Both the position numbers and the translations under genes were made by a program. This document shows, piece after piece, positions 1 to 10,442 of a stretch of 64,000 nt of DNA. The notes beneath the pieces were generated by a model, which did not search any database, was not told the DNA's origin, and worked only from the letters and a program-made list of their open reading frames with translations. Source of the DNA: Marsupella aquatica (lineage: Eukaryota > Plantae > Marchantiophyta); contig OZ316891.1 of NCBI GenBank assembly GCA_973895155.1, forward strand, positions 25,729,899-25,793,898. The letters run 5' to 3'. Numbering within the stretch: the first letter of the stretch is position 1; each line of letters begins with the position of its first letter.

Positions 1-190
1 CACATTCCGCACTGTTCTTACAACACCATCAAACATCTATAATCTCATAGATCCAAGTCCAACTACTTGGCCTGGGATTTCATTTCCCATCAAGATTGAT
101 CCATTGGAAACCGTGTAAGAACTGAAAAACTCTCTCCTATAGCAAATATGAAAAGTACAAGCACTATCTATGTTGAGGGCAAAGTAATGG

Positions 191-518
191 CTCGGGGGGG
201 TCACTTCCACGGAAGTGACACATCACGTGCGACGAAGTATAGGCCCATTTAAATGGGTGTGGCGGAAGACTTCCAAAGTTTGGTGGAAGAACACATAGGG
301 CATGTTTTATTGATTGGTCGACTTTAAAGAACACATAGGCCTATTTAATTGCAAAAAATACTTTCTATAAAGTTTTTAGGGGTTTTTTAATAAAAAATGA
401 CAAAATTTTAAGAAAGAAAGGGCTTTGCAAAAAAATATTTTTCACTTTAAAGTTAGGGGGGTCAAACCCTAAAACGTCGCACGCGATGTATGACTCTCCA
501 TATAGTGACCCCCCCGAG
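191..518. mobile_element. Non-autonomous TIR DNA transposon (MITE), 328 bp, 8-bp TSD (hAT-like)
   Basis: Perfect 15-bp TIRs: CTCGGGGGGGTCACT (191-205) and AGTGACCCCCCCGAG (504-518). Identical 8-bp flanks AGTAATGG at 183-190 and 519-526. A second subterminal inverted pair at 220-234 and 475-489 has one mismatch. No convincing ORF. Confidence 0.9.
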
Positions 519-879
519 AGTAATGGCATCACAAAATACTCAGGGGCCTCAATCCAAGGGGTTTCCCATATCACGCTCGAAGTTTTGGGAGAATAAACAC
601 CCTAAAAGTTAAGTCAATAAAGTTTTTTGGGGGAATTTTTTTACCCCTAAATTAATAGAATATTCCGAGAATATTCTCTTATTTGATTTTAAAAAACCCT
701 ATGATTCTTATAATTCTCAAAATTGAATTAAAATAACTCTAATGTTCTTCAACAAAAATTTAAAAGTATTCCACTAACCCAATAAAAAAACCCTATACTT
801 ATTCGCGCGTGATGGGTCGGAAGAAAAGAAGTGAGGACCCCGGGACAAAATATTATCATCGAGTAAATCTACCTCATGT

Positions 880-1866
880 GCGCCGGATGCTGCATTAGCT
901 GATGGGGTAGAGTCCTTTACCCGACAATCTCTCTTCATGTGGCCTAACTTGCGATTTTCCTCTGTATTTAGATATTCCCCTTGACTTAGATCGAAACCTA
1001 TTCTCTTCATTCATCCGCTGCGTAGACCTCCCACAATTCACATTCAACGCATGAAGTACTACCGGATGAAGATGTTGTCTGGGCTTGACCCAGTTTCTTC
1101 TGTGCATCATTAGACAATAGAGAACTCACCACCTCATCATACAAAATGGACTTGAGATCTTTGTACAAGAGCACCTGTTTCAAGCCCTGATAAGATGGCG
1201 GTAAGGAGCTTAGCAGAAGCAAGGCCTTATTCTCATCTTCAACTCCCTTACCCAATTTGACAGATCCACCGCCAGGCTGTCCAATTCATCGAGGTGATCC
1301 TACAACTTGCTCCCTTCTTTGAGTCTGAGGCTCATCAAGAGAGACTTCTTGTATAGCCGGTCTGATGCATCTTCCCGGTAGTACTTCTCTCTAAGGGCCT
1401 TGAAGATTTATGCGCAATCCGCATAATCATCCAGCTTCTTGATGATATGCGGCTTGAGATAAAGCTTCACCGTATTGACAACAATCACCTGCTCCTGTCT
1501 CCACTGCTTCACAAAAATCTCCTCCTCTCCATCATACTGCTCTCGCGTAGAGAGCAGATGATCTAAGCCCATGGCACGAAGAACACCCTTCACTTGCTTC
1601 TCCCATAGAAGGTAATCAATGCGGCCGTCGTACTTCTCCACCTCAAACTTCACTCCTCCGAATCTTGCCATCTCTCTCTTCTTCCCAACTACCGATAGCT
1701 CTAGTAGTAGAATAGCTTCCTCCACTGCACGCTACACCAGTGATCGTATTGGTGATACTTGTTCATCCTCAAACGGTATCAACTCCTCCTTAGACTCTCT
1801 GTCTGATTGTCGTGAACCTGAAGCTCCACCGACGTCGATTCTTCCAGTTTCCTCCGAGTCACTCAT
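880..1866 (-). pseudogene. Copia gag pseudogene (UBN2-type gag plus zinc-knuckle remnant)
   Basis: Contains KFEVEKYDGRIDYLLWEKQVKGVL, DENKALLLLSSLPPSY and a knuckle remnant KLGHMKRDC. In-frame stops at 1732-1734 and 1408-1410, plus frameshifts near 1255 and 1000. Confidence 0.85.
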
Positions 1867-3472
1867 ATGAGAAAATAAGAAAAAGGTCTTTTCTTGAAAC
1901 TTCTCACAAAACTCAAAACTCAACACCGCCGCGTAGCCCACGTAGCTAGGAGTCCAATACTGAAATCAAAAATCAAAAACGATCTTCGACAAAAAACTTA
2001 TTCAGGTTTTGGTCGGGGTGGGTAAAACCATGGAAAACTCCCTCGTTTTGACCACCTCCAAGAATCTCTAAAATGTGAATGGGCAATCAATGTTGGGATT
2101 GCGAATGGAGTGCTGCACTGCGTAACTAACTCGAATAGCTACTACCTTCCCAAAAACAACCAGAAATAAATTACTGTTCGGACCTCGGAATCTTTGACTA
2201 ACGGCCAAAAAACAGCTCTCTGTTCTTTGGGAATATTCCTGCACATTACATAAGGTCTCACAGGGGGCCGTTCCCCCTATCGGAGCGGTTAAAATGGAGG
2301 GTCACCGGGCCTGGGATGACCAATGAAAGGAGAGTCGGGAAAAAACAAAATTTGGCCCTTAAGAGGGGGGTCTAAGCCCCTTTAAACAAAAATATGCCCA
2401 AAATGTGCATCCACGTTGCGCATACGCAAGGCAGGCCAGGCAGGGTACAGGGAGGGCATATGGCCGGGGCGAGGGCTGCCGCATACACGTAAGGCTGGGC
2501 CGGGGAGGTCGTCGGTGCGAGGTGCGGCCGGCAAAAGCAAGGGCGGGGTAGTGTGGGGCAACGAGTAACAGGGAGCGGCGGGGGTCAGGGTGGTTGCACG
2601 ACGTCGCAAAAGGCATCGGCCGATGCTACACGTCGTGCCTCTGGTCGCGGCTGTGACCCGATACTCGAGAGGGAGGGGGAACGACGGGTATGCCGGGCCG
2701 GGGCAAGGGTCTGTGTATACACCCTTTTGTATACACACAAGAAAAGGGCCCCTTAAACCCCTCTTAAATCAAAATTTGCCTTTAAAACAAAAAATGCCGC
2801 GTTACTCACAAAAACTGATGCCGTTTCACACGAGAAAAGTGACGACCGCTGACGGGAAATGTTGCCAAATTGCACAGGCACAGTCTGCAGCTCCAACAGA
2901 GAAAACACTTTTGTCGCGTCATACTCTCTCCGCGTCAAGTGCCAATCCCAGACTCAAAACGATCACTTCGCCGCGATCTCTCTGTTGAGCCCAAACACTT
3001 TGTGTTTACAACTTTGAGTCGACCGTCACGACGAGTAACCAGGTTCAGGGAAAAACAAGCACCGTAGCTTGTCAAAAAACTAGAACTCAACTTCCAGTCA
3101 TCACAATGCACTCGCTTCGCAAATGCCAGCAAACCAGGTTCCGAAATGACCAGCTCGCTTCAATCTACAACTTGAGCTATAACATGCGACACCTTCCGCA
3201 CCGCACAGCTCACACCGTTGCAAAAATGAACCGCTGGTCTTTCCCTCACAAAATACCGTCGAACACAAAACTCCACAAAAAAATATTTTCTACGATTACT
3301 TCTCACTCAGAAATCCGATCGATGATTTCTAACCGCCGTTAGAAAGCCCTCACAACGATCTATCCGATGAGTCCCCCTCAAACAAGTTTCATGCGACTAA
3401 ACCCCCCCGGGATCTTCAGCCCGTCGATTACACAAGAAAACTCTTGTCACCACGATGTCACCTCCCAAGCAT

Positions 3473-3484
3473 GCTCTGATACCA
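3473..3484 (-). promoter_or_regulatory. Primer-binding site complementary to the 3' end of tRNA-iMet
   Basis: Minus strand reads TGGTATCAGAGC directly after the LTR end, the canonical plant iMet PBS. Confidence 0.9.
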
Positions 3485-3486
3485 CT

Positions 3487-3779
3487 TGTTAGGGATAATC
3501 CCTATCCCGAGACACCATGCACATGAGAACACCATACAAAGTAGTCGACAGAGCGAGTACGTGGTTCACCTCATGACTGAGGCTACGTCCATGGGAAAAC
3601 AAGAGACCTTTACTTCTCTCTTGCTCAACTCCAACAATGAACTGAAGATCCACCAGGGACTGGCACCAGCCCTGACTATATACACAACAGCACTACCGCT
3701 AACCTTAGCTAAGTCCTAACCTGAGTTAGCCTAATTGTGGTTAGCTCAAGAGTCACAAGACTAAGAGCAATACCTAACA
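3487..3779 (-). repeat. 5' LTR (293 bp) of the decayed copia element
   Basis: TG...CA ends with a 7-bp inverted terminus TGTTAGG/CCTAACA; PBS begins 2 nt inside. Confidence 0.85.
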
Positions 3780-4882
3780 CTACCAAGTGTTTATATTGTG
3801 GTTACCGCAAGGACTATATTATTTTAGTACCCTCAACATTGGATGCTATGATCATACAATGGCATTAAAATAAATTGGCTGAAGACGGATAGCAAAGCAT
3901 CAGGGTGCACATTACAGACAATCAAGATAATTGGTCTTGTAAAATATATACACTCCATTAGACAATTGAATTGGATTATCTAAATACCAAAAACATATTC
4001 AACAACACTTTGCAAGTATATAGGAACACCAAAAAGTTTTTTGTTGGCTTCATTGCACAACAACACCTAATTCTCAGTGTGTGCTTACATTGACAGATTA
4101 GTTTGGTTGAATTGAAGGAACACCCAGCTAAATGCTATCCACGGCTTGCAAACATGAATAACTATTCAAATAAGTGTTTTTCTTTATTATTTTCTATCTA
4201 GCCTACAAGTTCATCTCCCTTTGTCTTCCGCCATGCTCTTGATTGACACAGAAAAACACTAAAAGAATTAAAGTACAGAAAGAAAAATACCTATATATCT
4301 AAAACCTATATATCTAACTATTGTTATTTGTGACATAGTAATGTATCAAACTAGTCCATTGCTGGAGCTAGTACCATCACCAACTATAGTGGTAGATCAT
4401 GCAAGGTTGAATCAACATCCTCCTGAGCACATTCAAATCCCCAATACAACCCCTATGTATTTGATCTCTGGAACAAAGAAAAACTACACATGAAAAAACT
4501 ACACATGAACTAGTTATCTATACAAAGAAAGCGTAGCTTCTTGTCTGCATTAGCTCAAATTGAAACTCCGATATACAGACAAATGATGCCCTGCCCCTCG
4601 TCTTTTTCAAAAGTACTTTCGGCCGTTTAGCGATCCTATTGACCTTCCGTCTCATTGGCAAAAATAACGCTAGCCGGTAGCCAATTCACCAATCCAAACT
4701 ATGTACTAGGTTAAGTACAATTTTGACTGTGCATTAATGAGGGTGTACCAGCTCTGCCCTGTTCCTCCAAGATGTCTCCTCAAACCTCTCCTGGCTGACA
4801 CCGGTCGAGGCCATGTCAAAACCCGGTTGACCCTCTACACCCGAGTCTACACAACAGTAACAGACGTCCAGAACATGGTTGT

Positions 4883-5068
4883 TGTTAAATTATGAAATAT
4901 ATATACACCAACAAAAGATGATTGAATTTCTCTTAAGTCAATGTGACTTATTATATGTTGTACATTGGGGTAGTTGTAACTACCCTCTCCTAGTCTTGTG
5001 TCTCTTTATATCTAGGTATTGCATACCTCTTTGTATCATATGGACTAAGGGTTAAATATATTCTAACA
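4883..5068 (-). repeat. 3' LTR (186 bp)
   Basis: Identical by eye to 10257-10442; adjacent to PPT ACCAAGGGGGAG (minus strand). Confidence 0.97.
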
Positions 5069-5422
5069 CTCCCCCTTGGTTACTTTATGTTTCTTAAAGT
5101 AGCCATTTTGGAAATAAATTTAAGCCTAGTTCTGAATATAATGGAAAAACTCATTGGGGTATGACCTCATTAAAAACCCCCTGCTTTCTTTTGGGGTAAA
5201 AAGAGTGTCACTACCTTACATGTAATGAGTTAAAACTAGTAAGAAAGGAGTGTAATCATGTATGGCTAAATTTAAACGAGTGTTTGATAGGATGTGTCGA
5301 AGTGTTCGAGTATGGAGAACATACGTTTAGTAGAATATGCATAGAACAGAGGAAGTATCGTGGGGAAACATAGTGTTGTCGAGTCGCAATGGAATAAGAA
5401 GTTTATGGAAGAGGTGGGGAAG

Positions 5423-8400
5423 TCAGATTGCAGTGAAGTCCGATAATCTACGGAGTCCTATTCCAGTCGAATGCGCTTCGTGGAGAATGCGAGGTAAGGG
5501 CTTCGTAAAAAGGTCAGCGCGATTATCTTTAGAAGGTATCCATTGAACATTGATTTGGTCCCCGTGCTGTTCATGCGTGTGGAAAAATTTGGGGGCAATA
5601 TGTTTGATTCGGTCGCCCTTGATGAAGCCCTTAACTATCTGGTCAACACAAGGCTTGTTATCCTCGTAGATGATAGTAGGCTTGGTAAGAATTGCATGGC
5701 TTGTAGACGACTGGATGTGATTGATAAGTTGTCGAAGCCACATGCATTCTCGGCTGGCTTCGTATAGTGCTATGATTTCCGCATGGTTGGAGGATGTGGT
5801 CGTCAAAGTTTGCTTGGTACTTTTCCAGGATATGGCTGTATGTCCTTGTAGAAATACATATCTCGTCTGGGATTTCGCATCATCGGGGTCCGTAAGGTAA
5901 CCTGCATCTGCGTAACCAATTAATTCGTTAGGCACATCTTTAGGGTAATAGAGGCCAGTATCGATTGTACCTTGAAGGTAGCGCAGTATCCTCTTAATGC
6001 CATTCCAATGTCTAATAGTCGGTTGGGAGCTGTGGCGAGCAAGCAAGTGGATAGCGAAAGAGATGTCTGGGCGGGTTTGATTCGCCAGGTACATCAAGGC
6101 TCCTATAGCAGAGAGGTAAGGTTTCTCTGGGCCCAAGATTGGTTCGTGTTCGGTCCTGCGCTTATACATATCTCTGGATGTGTCTGAAGATCAAATTTCC
6201 ATAGGTGTCGTGACTGGATAGCTTTTGTCCATGTTGAATTGTTTTAATAGTTTTCTGGTATATGTAGATTGATGAATAAGAATACCGTTGGATAAATGTT
6301 CGAATTGAATGCCAATACAAAATAGGGGTTGACCAATATCCTTCATTTCGAATATGCTCTTAAGTGTGGTAATGGTTTGATCCATAATGAGTTTAGTACC
6401 CATTAGGTTAATGTCGTCGACATATATGGCTATGATTATAAATTCAGTGCCATGTCTTTTGATAAAAAGGCAAGGGGCAATGTCCTCATTCACGAAACCA
6501 AGTGCAAGCATCTCTGCACGGAAACGTTTATACCAGATGCGGCCACTCTGCTTTAAACCATAGAGTGACCTTAGAACCTGTACAGCAAATGCTTTCTCTG
6601 GTTTCTTGGCTTTATTGATTCTGTGGTGAACAGGATTTACCTCAGCGAGTAAGTCAGTATAATTCAATGGTGAATCCGCTGACTGTTCACCATTAGCAAT
6701 TTGCTGGGCCTTTTTATTTTGGACCGCTGATGAGTCATGTATTTCAGCAGGTATCATCTGGCCTGAGTGAATGAGATGGTCCTTAAAGTCCTGTGTAGGG
6801 ACAATCTTATCAATACCCGACTTTAGGTCCGGGGTTGGGGAGGTTGTATGCTCCCCCTTAATGTGGAAAATTACCCTCTGAATTAATTCAGGTGGAGCTT
6901 GCATTTGTATGTCAGTATCAAGTATACCGTAAAGGTAAGCAGTTACAATGTCCATAAGATGCATACGAATTTGATGTGTGAGGGCAAAAGCAATCAGATA
7001 TCGGTAGGTAATGGAGTCCATGACCGGTGAATGAGTAAGGTCGTAATCTTTGCCATATATTTGCGTGTAGCCTCTAGCCACAAGTCTGGCTTTGTAGCGG
7101 ATTACTTCACCTGCGACATTATGTTTGCGTATCAATATAATCCTATACCCAGTTAGGTGTTGTGCAGCAGGGACGATTCGGAGTTCTCCAAAAACTTGGC
7201 GAGATATCAGAGAATCAAGCTCGGAGTTAATAGCAGAGTTCCATTTGGGCCAGTCTGGTCGTTGTTGTGCTTCTTTAATTGTCCGAGGTTCTGGTAAATC
7301 TTTAGTTATATCCTGGGATATAAGAAAAGCAAAATGCTCATCTGGTTCAGTTAAATTTCGATGCCATAAATGTCCAGTATGCATATAGTGGATGGATATT
7401 TCTTCATTGTCATCCTGTATAATTGGTGGTAATTGTAAGGATAAATGTGTTGATACAGGTGTCTTCTGCCGTGGTCTAGAGTCTTTGGAACCTGAAGGTC
7501 TGCCTCGCTTAGCCTTGGGAGCGAGGTCTGTGGCTCGTGTATCTGGTATATGAATTCTCGCAGGAGTATTGGCTGCATCTATATGTGATTTCGTTACATT
7601 TGTAGCATCATTAAATGCGTCAGGTATTTTCTCCATAATTTGATGGAGATTCAGAATGCGTTTCACTTCATCGTTTGTCAATTGAGTACGAGGATCATTC
7701 CAGAATGGATCCTTTGTTGTCCATTCTAATGTGTGTGTTGAGACAGGCTGTTTGGAGAGTTGTGCTGGAGTTAGAAGTGTTGGGAAGATGTCTTCACAGA
7801 ATTTACAGTCCTGGTATCGAGCTCGAAACACATCAGCAGTGGTGGGTTCGAGATACCTTATTATCGAGGGAGAGTCGTAGCCAACATAGATGCCACGTCG
7901 ACGTTGTGGTCCCATCTTGGTGTGCTTGGGGCCAAGAATGGGTACTAGAACAAGGCAGCCAAACACTTTCAGGTGTGTAATATCTGGTATAGAGCCATAT
8001 GCTAGTTGGTGTGGTGTGTAAATATTAAAAGCCGATGGTCTATATCGCAGTAGTGCAGCGCCATGGAGTATAGCATGTCCCCAGGCTGTAAGTGGGAGTT
8101 GTGTCTGTAATAGCATAGGTCTTGAGATCATCTGTAAACGTTTTATTAATGCCTCTGCAGTACCATTCTGGAAATGTACATATGGTACTGAGTATTGGAT
8201 TGTGATGCCCAGGACTTGACAGAAGTCATCGAATGCTGGTGATGTAAATTCGCCAGCATTATCAATTCGAATTATTTTGGTAGGAGAGTCAGGGAATTGA
8301 GTGCGAAGACGTATAAGCTGTGTTAGCAGTCTGGCAAAGACAAGGTTTCTTGTGGAAATTAAAGAAACAGAGGACCATTTGGTGGAGGAGCATATCATTA

Positions 8401-10096
8401 CTAGGAAAAACCTAAATGGTCCACTCGGTGGATCAATAGGTCCGCAGACGTCCACATTGATCTGTGAGAGGAAGTCAGGTATTTGATAGGTGTTCTTAGT
8501 GGAAGCTGGATGAGTGATAAATTTGCCTTGTGCACAGGGGATGCAAGTGTCTAACTTCGTGGATGGGTGTACTCCTTTTGGTATGCCAATGGTGTTCTTC
8601 ATAATTTTATGGTACATCCCTGGGCCTGGGTGGCCGAGGCGGATATGCCATAATTCTGTTGGGGATAATTGTTGTCGTTGGGAATTGTAAGACATGATCT
8701 TAGTGGCATAAACGCCGGGGGGATGGAGTGGTAATGTCTCTAGTGTGATGGGGCCATTATCAGTTTCTCAAAAAATCTGTAGAGAGTTTATGTGGTTGTC
8801 GGGTGCAGAGCGTATATGGAGATTGTTTTGACGGACATCATGGAAACTTAGTAAGTTCCGTGTCGCGAGTGGGGCATATATGGCAGATGCAATTTTAATG
8901 GTTGTGCCTTGAGGAAGGGTAAGTTGGGCAGGTCCATGGCCTTCCTCTAATTGGTTTATACCTGTGATAGTAGTCACAGGTCTATTTGATGGGTATATGT
9001 GCTGGAAATAACATTTGTCTTTTAGGATTGAGTGAGAAGTGCCGCTGTCAAGAATGCAAATATCAGCACCGGCGAGAGATGTGTCATTTACTTCATGTGA
9101 TATTATATGAACCTCTGATGGGGGAGGTGTAAGCGTGTATTTGGAGAGATCATCATCGATCTCCAAGTGATGTGCGGCTGTTAAGGTGTTGGATGTTGTG
9201 AGGGAGGCCTGGTATAGTTTGACTAGGTGAGCTTGAACTCTGCAATTCTTTTGGATATGCCCTGTCCCACCGCAACGGAAACACTTGGGCTGATTATTTG
9301 TGGGATAACTCTGTGCAGGTTTATTTGGCATTTGATTGGGGTTACGATACCAAGAATTCATGGGGGGCTTGAAGTTTTTGCCTTTGTCTGTGCGAAATTG
9401 TTGTCTCTTGTGGAATTTATTAAAACGACTTGGATTGCCTTTAAATTGGCCACGAGGTCGGTTGTAAGAGGAATTACCTCTATTGGTATTCGTGAATTGT
9501 ATTTCCGGTTTAGGAAGCGTGCCTGGTGGTCGCTCGCGAGAGTTCTTCAAAAGGAGGAGGTCATTCTTTTCAGCCAGGAGCATGACTGCAATCAAATCTG
9601 AGAATTGGGTGAAATGGCGTTGTCTATAAATCTGCGATAACTGCATGTTTGCTGCTGAGAATGTAGAAAGAGTCTTTTCGATCTTTGCTGCTTCATCAAT
9701 TGGTTCGCCGCAGGCTGCTAGCTGAGCAGTTATCCGAAATAAGGCGCTATTGAATTTGGCAATTGTAGGGTAGTCTAGAACTCGTAAATGAATCCATTCA
9801 TTTCGTGCAGCTGGTAGGGAAATTAGACGCAGATGGTCAAACCTCAATTTGAGAGCGTCCCATAGGGCTCGGGGATTAAACTCTGTAAGGTATTCAAGTT
9901 GTAGTTCGGCAGCGAGGTGATGGCGAATGATATATAGTGCCTGAGCCTTTTGTTGTAATGTGCCATTGATATCTGCTAAGATAATGTCGCCGAGGCCTTT
10001 CATGTTGAGAACAATTTCTGTATTCTGCGCCCAAGATAAATAATTGTCGCCATCTGTTGCGAGCAATGGGAATTGGAGCTTCTCCAATGTTGTCAT
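5423..10096 (-). pseudogene. gag-pol polyprotein (~1557 codons in one frame) interrupted by two TGA stops
   Basis: ORFs 8768-10198, 6191-8695 and 5423-6169 share one frame, with TGA at 8768-8770 and 6191-6193. Motifs: CFRCGGTGHIQKNC (knuckle), ILDSGTSHSI (protease), WHIRLGHP..CIPC and IRIDNAGEF (integrase), YKARLVARG, SLYGLKQSGR and YVDD (RT), GYADA..ADLFTK (RNase H). Confidence 0.93.
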
Positions 10097-10244
10097 AGTC
10101 GATGAAAATTTTGTGGTGTACTTGGCGAAAGAAAAGAAAATGTGTCTTGGGGAATTTCGTTCGATGCTTCGTTCACAAGAAATAGGAAAAAAATTCACAA
10201 GAGGCCTATGAGTAGCTCGAGAGTTGTTGGAGGAGCAAAATCAT

Positions 10245-10256
10245 GTGCTGATAACG
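10245..10256 (-). promoter_or_regulatory. PBS complementary to the anticodon arm of tRNA-Ile (half-tRNA priming)
   Basis: Plus strand GTGCTGATAACG resembles the tRNA-Ile anticodon arm (GUGCU-IAU-AACG) and abuts the LTR. This PBS type is recalled as typical of the Bianca clade. Confidence 0.75.
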
Positions 10257-10442
10257 TGTTAAATTATGAAATATATATACACCAACAAAAGATGATTGAA
10301 TTTCTCTTAAGTCAATGTGACTTATTATATGTTGTACATTGGGGTAGTTGTAACTACCCTCTCCTAGTCTTGTGTCTCTTTATATCTAGGTATTGCATAC
10401 CTCTTTGTATCATATGGACTAAGGGTTAAATATATTCTAACA
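10257..10442 (-). repeat. 5' LTR (186 bp)
   Basis: Identical to 4883-5068; followed on the minus strand by PBS CGTTATCAGCAC. Confidence 0.97.

Larger units (their letters stand above)
880..3779 (-). mobile_element. Truncated, decayed Ty1/copia LTR retrotransposon (Tork/Tnt1-like gag): 5' LTR, PBS, long leader, gag; no pol seen
   Basis: LTR 3487-3779 with TGTTAGG...CCTAACA termini, followed on the minus strand by the tRNA-iMet PBS TGGTATCAGAGC (3473-3484). gag remnant at ~880-1866. The left boundary is approximate; no pol or 3' LTR is found in the window. Confidence 0.85.
4883..10442 (-). mobile_element. Structurally complete Ty1/copia LTR retrotransposon, Bianca-like, 5560 bp
   Basis: Two identical 186-bp LTRs (4883-5068, 10257-10442; TGTTA...TAACA). 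TSD GTTGT at 4878-4882 and 10443-10447. PPT at 5069-5080, PBS at 10245-10256. Domain order gag-PR-IN-RT-RNaseH. Confidence 0.97.

Noticed and set aside
8760-8780. Programmed frameshift between gag-PR and pol at the T6 run
   Set aside because: The downstream ORF is in the same frame; the break is an in-frame TGA, not a shift.
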